Of a DNA stretch of 64,000 nucleotides, positions 46,046 to 58,746 are shown in pieces (the first letter of the stretch is position 1; the number at the start of each line of letters is the position of its first letter). The notes under the pieces were generated by a model. It saw only the letters and a list, made by a program, of their open reading frames with translations, did not search any database and had not been told where the DNA came from. The stretch comes from Azolla caroliniana (Eukaryota; Plantae; Polypodiophyta). Both the position numbers and the translations under genes were made by a program. Where the stretch lies: NCBI GenBank assembly GCA_043228905.1, contig JBHGNT010000001.1, forward strand, positions 1,178,001-1,242,000. Direction: 5' to 3'.

Positions 46046-47636
46046 ATGGCATTTCTGTTGAGGAGCCTTTGCTCACAGCGATGGAGGAGGTATGCACACT
46101 CAGAGTCTCTGCATATGATGACTGAGAAGAAGCTCGATGATCCTTCTTACTTTGGTCTCTTTGATCCACAAAGAGAACAAAACACGATGGCCCAACAAGG
46201 AGGTCACGATGTAGAAGAAGAAGAAAGAGGAGGAGGAGGAGGAGGAGGAGAAAGTATTAAATGCAAGGATACAAACATTCCGTGGCAAGTATGTATGGCC
46301 TTTCGTGATACATTCAAAGAATGGTCCCGAACTGTCCCGCCTGAGTTTATTTCTCGTCCACCTGCCTCTCCAAAGCTCTTCCATAGAAAAGGAGAACGTA
46401 AGACAACCCATCATGGCAAGGGTGACATTTCAAGTGATGATATTGACGACACTGATGATTCTGAGGACATTGATGATGATAGCGATGATGATGTCGAGGA
46501 CATTGAAGATGATAATGATGATGATGTCGAGGACATTGAAGATGATGATAATGATGATGATGATGTTGGGGACATTGATGATGATGACAACTTGTCTAAT
46601 GATGAAGATGAACAAGAAAATGTCTCCAGTGATGATGACGTTTTTTCTGATGGCCACCATGATGATCCCATAATTGCTCATAAAGATGATGGTCCAAATG
46701 ATGAATATGTGGGAAGATCCATTGATGGCATGCCTGATAGAGATAATGAGAGCATGTTTGAGGACATGAACTGGGACAATCTTGAGGGCATTGATGACGA
46801 ATATGACGATAGCCACACTTACTACATCACTGATTCTGGAAAAGTCAAGTACAAGCACCTTGAAATCCATGCACCAAAAGACGAGATTTATGAGAAGCTC
46901 AGTGAAGGTGGCCTTATTTCTCCCAAATTCAAGAAACCCTTGCCTGTACAGAAGTTGTTGAAGAAATCCGATGCTGAGATAGTCGGATGGTTTTACTATT
47001 GTAGCATTGAGCTATTGCAATTTTTCCGTATCTGTCACAATCTCAAAGAGGTCAAAGCTATCGTGGAGTATCACATCAGGTACACATATTTTCATACTTG
47101 GCAGTATTTTTTTACCGTTCTTGGGGGTCTTGTGGGATTGGAGCACCATCAGCTCTTCACTAATCACGTGCTTAAATAAGGGAATGGACGACAATATTAA
47201 TTGATTTAAATTAAAATGGGCATTAATACAATCTTAGCAATGTAGATGCTCTTGGATTACTAGAGTAGCTATACTTTTCCATTTTCTTCACTATATATTG
47301 AAACCTAAGAACTTACATGTTATATTAGCTTGATTTTAGATGGTGTCTTATATATCTGGATCGTTTCAGATCACCAATAATGTAAACTTGGAATGATATG
47401 ATCGAACATGTTGTGCCAGGTGGTCAGCGATCTGTACACTCGCAAAGAAGTACAACTGCAATGCGAGGGAAATAGTTAAAAAGTATGGAAGGGACTTAGA
47501 ATGTGAAGACAAAAAGGGGAAAAAGGTGAGATTGATGTCTAGGCAGGAGATCAAACAAGTGACTAGAGGTGTAAATAAGAGAGTTCAGATGACTCATAGA
47601 TTTCGGGCTCTTCGGATCTTGGCAGAAATGGATTAA
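46046..47636 (+). CDS. Nuclear-encoded, putatively mitochondrion-targeted group II intron maturase domain X protein (MatR-like, no RT domain) with an Asp-rich insertion; exons 46046-47079 and 47420-47636, 416 aa
   Basis: Start context CAACATGGC; N-terminus MAFLLRSLCSQRWRRYAHS. The spliced domain reads LEIHAPKDEIYEKLSEGGLIS..PLPVQKLLKKSDAEIVGW..IELLQFFRICHNLKEVKAIVEYHIR|WSAICTLAKKYNCNAREIVKKYGRD. It aligns with recalled MatR domain X (IEAPIKKILRRLRDRGIIS..PIHVACLTNVSDGDIVNW..LSYYRCRDNLYQVRTIVDHQIRWSAIFTLAHKHKSSARNIIPKYSKD). The intron is AG|GTACAC..TGCCAG|G, phase 2. Confidence 0.85.
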
Positions 47637-50480
47637 TATATATTATGTGCTTTATTCACTTTTCTCTGAACCACAGCAAACTATGGAAGGATTCCTTTTA
47701 CATCTTTGGAAACTTTTGTATGTTTTGGATAATTGGGTATTGTCAATTTGTCTGTGTTGTACATATGCATGCCTGCGTATATTTTTTGTTTTACAAAGTA
47801 TTGAAGAGTTTTATTTACTTCTCTAGATATCTTGGTCCCGGCAGGCATGTAAGTTTTAAATTAAAGTTGGTTACAATTTCATCACCCTACACTAGGCTTG
47901 TCCATGAGCCCTATTCATCTCGCCTGAAACATTTCTTCTATTTGTTCATTCTTGTTTATCTCATTATTAGCTGAAGATTGTGCTGGCATAATCCGATCCA
48001 TGAATTTAGGTCACTGAGTATGGAAACATCACCTTTCTCTATGTGGTTTATAAAAACTTGCCACAAAGACGGATGTGGCTTCGGTATCAATTTATATCCA
48101 TATATATACTTTATGTATCCACTTTCTTTATGGTAATTAGGTATACTGATTGCCCGATGTAGATAAGCCACGCCATTGTGACTCTGAAAGCCTGTTGAGT
48201 TTTGGTAAGCTGATTGTACAATGTATCAGAGTATATATCTGCTATACTACACATCTCCCATTTCTATGTTTTGCCCAACAATATAACATCTCCATTTGCA
48301 AATAGTGCATCCGAGCTTCCAAAGCATCTACAACTCCGACACGTAACATGCAAGGATCTTATTGTCATCCTACTAGCCGTTTATACCTGTGTTGATTGCC
48401 TTTTAGTTGATTCATATTTACTTTTATACTGTGTATACATGTGCTTTCTCTAGTCTTTGTTGTAGTGGAGTACATCCTCTCTTCTCGTTGTGGACTCTGG
48501 AGTATGATCCATCTACAATCAATAGATTGTGCATTTAAGATGATGCTCCATTTGAATGCAATGACGGCCTACGATACTTCTTTGATCTCCCAACCTCTGT
48601 TAAGGCTGTGCCAATTGCATTTTTTGCATAGTTTTGTTCATGCAAACTATTGTTGACTACATGGAGGATTTGTGTGAGCAGTTTTGTGTCATCTAATTCT
48701 GTAATCTCCTTTTAGTGTCCTTGTAATTTTTCAGCTCTTCTGACAAGTTGTCCCTTTTGCGCAGTGATGCCATTTGTCATAATTTCTTTTCCATGTTCAA
48801 TGTCATTGCACTTTAGTGACAACATCACAATAATTTCTTTCTACATGACAACTAAATTTTATGGTAGGGTCAAAGAACTCTAAATACCACTAGCATGCAA
48901 TATTGCTATATTGTTAGGTATCATGATGTCAATGGCACTTGGTTGTGGTGAGGATGCAACTTTTGGCTTGGTGTTGCAGATGCATTCTTTTGTGGTGGTC
49001 TTTGAGTGCTTTGTCAAAGATACCTTCAGAGAAGCATATACTTGTTGGATCCATGAATTCAAATGAAATAACAAATAATGAATAATTATTGTGTGGATAA
49101 GAGAGAGCATGTTTTTGCACTTGAGCACATCCAGGTTGGGGTGCTAGGTTGCAAGTCTCTAAGGCTTATCAACTTGGTAGTTCCAACACTAGGTCATGCA
49201 AAGTTTAGTGGGTTATACACAAAGTGGGAATAGATAGATGGATTTCATTACCCTCCTTAGAGGTAAAACATGAAAAAGTAAGCAAAGTGAAACATTTGTG
49301 TAGTCTATGTGGAGTTTGTACATGACTCTCAAAGTTTAAGATTTTTACTAATGAATGTTGTAATGGAGAGGTTATGAGAGAGAAGTTTGTGTAGGGATAA
49401 CTTGGAACTTTGAATGGAAAAGGTTTGGAAAAGAAGTGTGAATGTGATCTAAGCCTTAAGGTGGAGGAACATTACACGAATTTTGAAATTATACATTGAA
49501 ATATGACTTGTCAATTACACATGACAAAACCCAATCTAGTGTGAACAATGTAGGTTTTGTCACAAGAAGATGTTGACTCTCGTGCCATCCATTGAATAGA
49601 GAATCATATTAGGGCACCATGGTCCTCAAATGTTGTCTCGATTTTACAAGCACCCAACATCTCATATGTCACTCACACAACATATTGTATGTTTAATTAA
49701 TTAACATAACTTGAATGTGCCAACCAACTATGTCATTGTTCATCAAATAATCGACTCTGCTAATAAAAAAAAGATTTACTCAGGAGAGAGGTGTAGGTTT
49801 GCAAGTACATCATGAGAAAATTTACATGTAAGAAAGGATACAGAAAACCCCTTGAGAATGATGGATTCAAACTCCATGTTATGCTTTTTGGGTGGAATAA
49901 ATGAAGTCCAAGCGCAATGGAATACGTCCAAGGGCTTGGACGAAAAATAGAGTGTATAAAAATGAGCATAGAAAGAAAAAAAGATATATTGTTATCAATG
50001 GAAACCTTTATCAATGAAAGGTTTTGCCGAAGAGTCCAAGCTTGCTGCCATGGATGGTGAAAATTAACATTGCATTTGAAACATTGTCTACATGTCTGAA
50101 AAGAGCTCATGATATTTCTTAGGCTTCGTCCATTGCTTAACATTTGGAGGAGCTGCTTCTTCTGTTGGAGGGGTTCCGAAAACCGGGTTCAGAGCCTATG
50201 TAAATGAGTGGAGTGGAGGAGGTTTCCATCATGTTCTACCTACGGAAACGGTTCCCAGTGTGCAGAATGGCTCGGGACGTGAGGTTTCGAATCCATGATG
50301 GGATGAGACATACCATCCGAAGGCCGAAACCCGACGGACAAAGAAAATTTAGATGGTACTTGTCGGATGGACGGACGGACGGATGGACGGACAAGAAGCC
50401 CATGCGCATGCGCATTCACACATCACCCCCACCCCCCCTCATTTACTTCCTTACTTCTGTTTGCGTTACCCCGATCAAGG

Positions 50481-50490
50481 ATTAGGGTTT
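50481..50490 (-). promoter_or_regulatory. Telo-box (AAACCCTAAT) with a nearby site II motif (AGCCCA at about 50397) upstream of eEF1B-gamma
   Basis: ATTAGGGTTT on the + strand, about 60 bp before the ATG. Telo-box plus site II is typical of plant translation-machinery promoters. Confidence 0.6.
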
Positions 50491-50550
50491 CTCTTCTGCC
50501 CCTACTTCCTACGTCTTCATCTCTGTCACCCCCCGAGCAGCAGAATCGCC

Positions 50551-53500
50551 ATGGCTATGGTAAGCTCCTCTCTCTCTCTCTCTCGTCGATGTTCTTTTCC
50601 TTCCTCATCTCTCTCATGCAGTAGCTTTAACAGATCCGTCATGGCTATGATAATCTCTCTCTTTCTCGGAAATGGTATCATTCATTCCTCCCATCCGTTC
50701 GTTTCTACTAACCTAATCATGCGCTTGAGATCCCTGAAATGGCAAGGAAAACCAGTGCTGTAGATTCTCGAGAATCCAATAAGCATTTCCCAAGACTAGA
50801 TTAAGCATAGTCTTGGAAGGGGCAGATTAAGGAAATTTTGCAAATGTTACACCAAGAATTGACTTAGATTTGCAACCATAAATGATGGGTTTCCTAATAT
50901 CTTACAATTGTTGTGTATGTTATAAAGACATCTGAAATCACACTAAACATGTCTTCAAATGAGACTAAATTAAGTATGCTTATTATAATTTAAATCAACC
51001 CTTACTTTTATTGCATAGATCTCAAAAATGCATAAGATGTGCATACATACAATAACTTTGTTATGAAGTCTATTATAATTTAAGGCAACCCTTACTTTTA
51101 TTGCATAGATCTCAGAAATGCTTGTTCTAACCCGGGATATGCTTAAATGCAATCGTTTAATACATTCGTATATGGTCTATGCTTATTCTAGCATAAGATG
51201 TGCATACATGCAATAACTTTGTTATGAAGTCTATACGTAATCTAACTTTCGTATTAGACATGCTCAACTGTTCATCTATCGAACTGTGATGTCTATGTGA
51301 TGAATAGAAGGATATATTTTATTTTTTTGATTTACCTAACTGTGACATAAATTGGTCATCTTCAATTATGGGGATACTTGTCTAAAGAAGAAAAGGATTT
51401 TGTTGCAGATTATGCACATGTATGGAAACAACAAGAATGGATTCAAAGCTCTAATCGTGGCTGATTACGTTGGAGTGGCAGTGGATGTCATCAAGAACTT
51501 CGAGTTTGGTGTGTCCAATAGAACACCTGAATTCCTGAAGATGAATCCGTTTGGAAAGGTTTACTAGAAAAGTTTTTGGTCAATTTTTTTGCTGCTCTAG
51601 AATTCATTGCTGACATTTCTCGATTTCCTTTTCTGGACTGCATTTAGGTTCCCACTTTGGAAACGCCTGATGGTCCTCTCTTTGAAAGCAATGCGATTGC
51701 ACGCTATGGTATATCATTCTTTAAAACATTTTGCGGTTGTTCCTTCTTAAGTATAAATATCTCTTTCTCATTGTACATTATGTAATGCACTTTGATGTTC
51801 CTTTCAAGGAATATTCTTAAATATTTCTTGCAGTTTTTTTTTAAGTATACGGGAACTTTTGTTTCTTGTACCTTTTATAAATGCAATCTGCAGCCCCTTT
51901 TAATGCGTATATAGTTTCCTCTTCTTTGGTCAACATTTTTCAACTTGTTTTGTATTGTTTTTTGAGTATAAAGGCCTCCCTATTATTTTGAATGAAATTT
52001 TCAGTTTCTTTTCTTTTAAATCTTAAGGTCTTATTCTATTGCTCTACTGGGATGCTAAATTTTGACAGTTGCCAGGCTGGATAAGGAGAAGTCCCTCCTT
52101 GGAAACAGTCCATATGAATTGGTAAAACACTTCTTTGTTTCCTCCTCCAATATGCACTTATGCTTACAGAAAACACACTGATGCCATTTTATTTTGTTGT
52201 ATTATATAGGCTCTCATTGAACAGTGGATTGATGTTGCCACCACTGAGATCGATGTCAATCTGGGCAGATGGTTATATCCCTTGCTTGGGTATGGGCGAT
52301 ACGATACTGAGGTTTGTCATCTGTACATTTTACATTTCGATGTGATGTAACCAAGGGGCTGACTTAAAGCACTTGGGGAAATAAATAAAAAACTTGAGGT
52401 ATTTGGGTGTTAGTTCCTATAATCAGCAAACTGTGTATGATTTTGTCTTCAGTATGTTTTTATTTTGATAAACCCTAAACCCAGGGGCATTCAGGGAAAT
52501 AAATAAAAAACTTGAGGTATTTGGGTGTTAGTTCCTATAATCAGCAAACTGTGTATGATTTTGTCTTCAGTATGTTTTTATTTTGATATTCAGGTGATAA
52601 AATCAGCTCTGGCAGATTTGAAGAAGACATTAGGTGTAATAAATTCTTACCTTGCATCAAACACATATTTTGTTGGAGATTCGATAACGCTTGCAGATAT
52701 CATCGTAGCCTGTAACTTATTTGTAGGTTTTAAGTATGCTTTTACAAAGGAATTCCTGGCAGAGTTTCCGCATGTTGAGAGGTTCTTTAGGACTATAGAG
52801 AATCAACCTTTTGTGAAAAAGTATTTTGGAGACTTGCCAACTGTTGAGAAGGTTCCGACCCCTCCGAAGAAGCAAGCAGTCGAAGCACCAAAGACCAACG
52901 AAAACAAGTCAAAAGACGTCACTGTGAAACCAAAAGAATCTCCAAAGGAAGAATCACCTGTTGATGATGAAGAGGAAGAGAAACCGAAGCCTAAGCCAAA
53001 GAATCCTCTTGACCTTCTACCTCCGAGCACTATGATCTTGGATGAGTGGAAGCGGTTATATTCTAACACAAAGGCAAAAGACTTCAGAGAGGTAGCAATT
53101 GCAGGTATTATATTATTCGATTAGTGTATTTTCTATTGTTCAAAAACTATCTTTGTAGGTAGATTGTTTTCTGTTTGTTGATAGACATTCTCTCTTTCAG
53201 TATGCGGACTTGAAAACCAAGAGCAAAGATAAAATGTGAAAAAAGAAAAAGGATAACAAATCAAATATTAAAAGCTATTGAACTTAACAATGTATAGATG
53301 TTTCAGTTCGTTGAAAGAGTGCCGATGTATGTGGATGGATTTGAAAAGCAAGAGTAATTTTTTATTTGTTAATATTTTCCTGAGCAAATTATGAAACCAA
53401 AAACAAGACTAAGAAACAATCATATGCTTTTTTTGTATTCAGGATTTTGGAAGATGTTTGATCCTGAAGGATACTCCCTTTGGTTTTGTGATTACAAGTA

Positions 53501-53822
53501 TAATGACGAGAACACGGTTACTTATGTGACGATGAACAAGGTGAGTGGGTTTCTACAACGCATGGATTTGGTAAGGAAGTATGCGTTTGCAAAAATATGC
53601 ATTTTCGGTGATTCGGCTCCATTCAAAATCAAAGGGGTGTGGCTCTTCCGTGGTCAAGAGATTCCGAAGATGGTTCTTGAAGAATGCTATGATGCTGAGC
53701 TATATGAATGGACAAAAGTTGATATCACAGACGAGGCCCAGAAAGAGCGAGTTAATGCATATTTTGAGGAGCCCGATGAGTATGATGGTGAGAAACTTCT
53801 AGAGGCGAAATGTTTCAAGTGA
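50551..53822 (+). CDS. eEF1Bgamma: Elongation factor 1B-gamma (GST-like N-domain, EF1G C-domain)
   Basis: Exons are 50551-50559, 51409-51558, 51648-51708, 52069-52121, 52210-52311, 52594-53104 and 53443-53822. Motifs: TPEFLKMNPFGKVPTLETPDGPLFESNAIARY, KPKNPLDLLPPS.MILDEWKRLYSN, GFWKMFDPEGYSLWFCDYKYNDEN, LLEAKCFK*. Confidence 0.96.
50981..51234. repeat. Interleaved short duplications in eEF1B-gamma intron 1
   Basis: TATTATAATTTAA..CAACCCTTACTTTTATTGCATAGATCTCA.AAATGC occurs at about 50981 and 51071. GCATAAGATGTGCATACAT.CAATAACTTTGTTATGAAGTCTAT occurs at about 51030 and 51191. Confidence 0.85.
52376..52588. repeat. Identical 95-bp duplication separated by 23 bp of filler in eEF1B-gamma intron 5
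   Basis: Copies are at 52376-52470 and 52494-52588; the filler is AACCCTAAACCCAGGGGCATTCA. Confidence 0.93.
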
Positions 53823-56174
53823 AAAGGCCAAGTTGGGTTATATCTGTGGGCAGTGGTTGAATAAATGGCATATATTGTTTTTTTGTCACTTTCTCACGCG
53901 TTTCACCCAAGATGAGAAGCAAATTTGTTGTATTTGTGGTGCCTTTTGTCGTATTTCAAACTTCGTAAATCTGTATATATGGAAATATGATATGATATAT
54001 GATTAAAGTTAGTGGGAAATTGATTTATTTGACTCATATGATCCTCGACATCTGTTTGTTGACACTCATTTCTTTAGTTTTGGATGGATTGTGAGTGAGC
54101 TCTTCTTGTTTTAAAATGCTATGTTTGATTTCATCGCTAGTACTCAAATTTTAGGATTTGACATGCAACCTCTAGTATCATGGGATCTGTACTTTTTAAA
54201 ACAGAATGATTTTGTTGGCATGACATTGTAAAATTTTGGGTTATTGCCCAGCATGTATGTAAGATGGTTTTATGAATCTGCATGATTATAGAAAATCTTA
54301 TGTTTCTCATAGCTTGTTGTAAAGAAGTGTAATGTGCACTGAAATCCCACGTAACATTGTTGAAAAATGATACACGTCATCATGAAAACAAAGATCGAAG
54401 CATATGCGCCCATGTGATTTTTATATGTATGTCATGACATATTCATCGATCAACATTATGCTGTTACCAATCATCACTTTCTTTTATTTCGCTAAAGCTT
54501 CTAGGCATTTGTACCATGTAGTATGTTTTAAATTTATCTTCTTGGGTGTACTGATGACTACAGACATCGTTGAAATCTGTTGGTTTTGATTGTATTAATT
54601 GAAACCATTCTTGTCCAAATCTTTTTGGTGGTACCTCAGGAAAAAAATAACTTTGCAACTTAAAATATATCAAGAGTGATTCTTATAGTGATTACATAAT
54701 ACACTAATAAAACTTCCTATGCATCTTTGATATAAATGAATCTGTGGACACTTGGCATGTCATAGGTTTGTATATTAAAAAAGAGTCAGGAATCCATTCT
54801 CCATAAATGTATTCCCAAGGAATGCCAAATGGAGAGTTCCAATAATTGATTTGATATGTTCCTTAATGACAGTAATTTTGAGGTGATTGGATAATCAATT
54901 AGGTGATTATTAATTAAGTATGAACTCCCAAATGAAGGGCTATCATAGTTTGTGATCTATTTGGAATAACTTATACAAAAGCTTCCCTATTTCCCCTTTA
55001 AAAATTAACTATTTAACATGTTAGGCTCTTTGCACACATGAATAAAATGATTGTTACAACTTATAATGAGTCAATATTCAAGTAAGCTATTGTAACTACT
55101 TATATTATCAATAACAAATGAGCCATTAGTAAATAAAATGCTTGGTCGATATGAACAAACAAATCATGAGAATTGTCATTATTAATTAATATTATTCAGA
55201 AACCTACATTATATGTTAATATCAATTATGAGATATATCACACTTAATTTTGGATAGACACTTTACAATTACTTCTCTACGGACGATTAAGGTATCCCCT
55301 TGATTTACGTTGACGGGCCAACTTTTTTCCATTCAAAGGCTCTATTCTGTAGTGCTATGCCTTAGTGGCTTTAGTGACATGTGAGGTGGTGATAGATTCT
55401 GGTGCTTTGGACATACCATTCCTTAGTGGCTTTAGTGACATGTGAATTGGTGATAGGTTCTCATGATGTGGAGGAATTTTGTGAACTCATTGGAGGATTA
55501 TTCTCCATCGGCATCAACTCTTAAGACATTGGGTCTTTTGCCTAGTCTCTTTTTCACCAAGCTCTAATATACTACGAAAATGTGCAAACACTTCACCCTT
55601 TCCATGCATATAGGATAGCCCTACATGTACGAAGGTAATATACTACCGACCTACAACCACCTAGCCCCAAGAAAACCTCAATTATGGTGTGGCAGGGGGA
55701 GGTCTGAAAGGGTTGCTTGTCACACTCTGACAGATCACCCAGACCTCTTACCTCTCGGTTAACTGTCCTAACACTGTTCCAACTCAACGTTTTACTTAGC
55801 ATGTTAGCCAAAAGAAAGAACGAACAATCAATCGTCAAAGAATGGGAAGATGCTCCTTGAGGCACCTTTTTTACTCCTTAATTTTGGTCCCTACCTACTA
55901 ACTACAACTACTACTTAATACACATTATGGCTTTTTGGCCGCGCTTACACCTGGCCTTGTCAAACTGCCAATAGGCGGCGACATTACCTTCCAATCCCGG
56001 CATTTTCTTCATATGCACTCTACGCTTCTGGTTTCGTTTGACTACCACGACTCCCTTGATCACTCCTCCTGATTGCATGGTCCACAACATTTGTTTGTAG
56101 AGATCATAGTATGAAGCATACGCAGCATTCGTGCATTCGCATTCGCTAACATTCTTATCATTCGAACATGAAAA

Positions 56175-56493
56175 ACACCCTATAAGTATGGTAAATATCA
56201 TATTTTTGCATTCATTATTTACATACTATACGGTGATTTTGTTTTAGGGTAAGAAAGTTAAGGTAAAATGTGTTAAAAAAAACTCAAGAATGTTTTGATA
56301 TCATACGCATTCGTTTTCAAACGTATGAACTCACACCCTATAAGTATGGTAAATATCATACTTTTGCATTCATTATTTTCATATTATACGGTAATTTGTT
56401 GTTTAGGGTAAGAAAGTTAAGGTAAAATGTGTTTAAAAAAAACTCAAGAATGTTTTAATAACATACGCATTAGTTTTCAAACGTATGAACTCA
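56175..56493. repeat. Tandem duplication of about 160 bp
   Basis: ACACCCTATAAGTATGGTAAATATCATA...TTTTCAAACGTATGAACTCA occurs twice. Confidence 0.93.
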
Positions 56494-57351
56494 TACCTGA
56501 ATGTTTGGGCTAACGAACACGAATATTACGTACCTTAGGTAGAGATGGCCTATCCACTTGTGCCACACATTTCAAAGTCCGACATGACCTTTCGCCCTTT
56601 GCCAAATATAGTGGATTTGACCTAGTTGTCGTTGAGGATGGACATTTTTCCCTTCTCTTTGTCAAATATAGGCTACCAATCGACCCTTGTCTTCTAAGGG
56701 CTTCCATTCTTTTAGAGCTACCTGTTGACCTTTGTGGTCATATAGGAAATAATCTTGATTCTTGAATGGGGCTTACATTCCTCGCTCTACTATTTGTTTG
56801 AAGAACATTTGAGTTAAGTGGGGATGTGCAAGATGTTCTTGATGATCTTTTGATGCCTTTTATTTTTTATGAATTGCACATATTTGACTAGTCATATGTT
56901 TGGATGCCTTTGAGCCATCGAATGACATATTGTCACGCTCGCTTGTAGTTGCCAACGTGGAGTTTTGCTTTATGATTAATTGCAAACAATCATTTATTGG
57001 AATTTGGATTCATTCTTGGAGTTGGTATAGTTTGTGAGTTGCAATTTCCCATTGATAACATCACGTTTCTTTTTCCTGTAATTTGTCTTTAAGTGGCTTA
57101 GCCTTTTGTAGTACGAACACTCGATTCGGTGAATGTTTCCATGACTTTGGAACCTCTCCAAGTTTTCCTTTTCCACTTTCTTGACAGATTAGAAGATCCC
57201 CACATTGTGGATGCTAATTCAGCCCTTCGTTATTAATTGGTTTAAGGGAATTGAGATTGCGACATTATAGTCCTGACTCAAATATCTTTGGCATGATAGT
57301 GGACATCTTTGTAGGGTTTTGGGTGGCGTTATGAGCTCTTCGTATCACTTT

Positions 57352-57476
57352 AAAATCTGGTTTTCAATGGCATTTTATTGTTCATGAACTACTACAACTC
57401 AATTACATGCAAAAATCTGGTTTTCAATGGCATTTTATTGTTCATGAACTACTACAACTCAATTACATGCAAAATC
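57352..57476. repeat. 60-bp tandem duplication
   Basis: AAAATCTGGTTTTCAATGGCATTTTATTGTTCATGAACTACTACAACTCAATTACATGC occurs twice. Confidence 0.95.
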
Positions 57477-58360
57477 CTGGTGTGTCAATTGAATCATGAA
57501 AATTTTGGACTCAAAATTCGACCTCGTAAGACATGTTATATTATTGCTATGTTTTTGGGCAAAAATGTTTTTGTCAACCAATAAAGAGACATGCTAATGC
57601 TAACTTGCTTCCTATGTTTTTAATTTATTGGTCTTGAAAGCTTTTTACTCATTGTAAATGATATTATAAGAGTTCATTTTCTTCAACCTCTTTGACGTAC
57701 ATGTGGATACATGATATAATTACAATAATATATTATTGGTATTGCTAAAGTAGGGGGAACAATAAATTTTGTTCATTTTAAAAAATGTCACCAGTTTTGT
57801 AGTTGTAACCAATATGTATAAACATCATACCTGATTTTAGCGAGCTCTCCTAGTGTTCATAAAGTGACCACAACATACTAGAATTTTAATTTACTACATG
57901 TAGCTTTTATTTGCCCTGGTTTTCATGAGCTCCACTTGTCTCCATAAAGTGACTACAACCTATTGGAATTTTAACTGGCTATATATAACTATTATATGTT
58001 ATGTATGAATTTCACTTGAGTAATCCCTTCACACCAAAATATTTACAGCTTGTATGTATTCATAGTTGTACCAATTTAACACTGGGCTTGCTATTTACTA
58101 CTTTTTTAAAGCTTTACACCCTGTAGACATTTTATCTCTATGTCACTACCAACCTTCAAATAGATATAGCTAAAACATAGAGGCCTCCTTTGTAGTGGAA
58201 CAAATAATCTTACAATATACTCATAAGAACCCTAAATACTTAGCTTTCTAATTGGTTATAAACATAAATTATTAATGTAAGGTGATACTTTTAGAAACAC
58301 TCAAGGTACCATCAATGGTAACCCGAGGGCTACTATTGATAGTTTCAATATAATTTACAA

Positions 58361-58746
58361 CATAGTTATAGAATACTCAGCATAGAATATATGTAGAATA
58401 TGTATGCTAAGTATTCTACCTTTTTCAAAAAAAAATACTTAGGATATATATTCTACCAACAAAATATGTTAAAAATGTATAATATGTTTGTAGAATACGT
58501 TAAATATGCATACTACGTGTAGAATATGTTAAATATCTATGATATGTGTAGAATACATTAAATATGTATAATACGTTAAATACTTTGAATATGTGTAAAA
58601 TCCATTAAATTCTTCTTAAAATTCTAAGTTTAAAAACAATTTAATTTCAAATTTTGTTAAACTTTTTGCTTAAGTTAAATGCTTCAAATACACGTAGAAT
58701 ACTTCAGAGTATTCCAAACATAAAATACACCTCTTTAACAACTATG
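58361..58746. mobile_element. Second hAT-type MITE (386 bp)
   Basis: Termini CATAGTT ... AACTATG. Flanks ATTTACAA / ATTCACAA form an 8-bp TSD with one mismatch. The interior has repeated GTAGAATA / TTAAATAT motifs. Confidence 0.75.

Noticed and set aside
45778-46125. ORF with a 19-aa repeat as a possible upstream exon or RT part of the maturase gene
   Set aside because: It arises from the 57-bp DNA repeat, has no RT motifs, and the candidate splice does not join the maturase frame.
47080-47179. C-terminus of the 377-aa ORF (YTYFHTWQYFF...NHVLK)
   Set aside because: This is intron read-through; maturase similarity continues in the exon starting at 47420.
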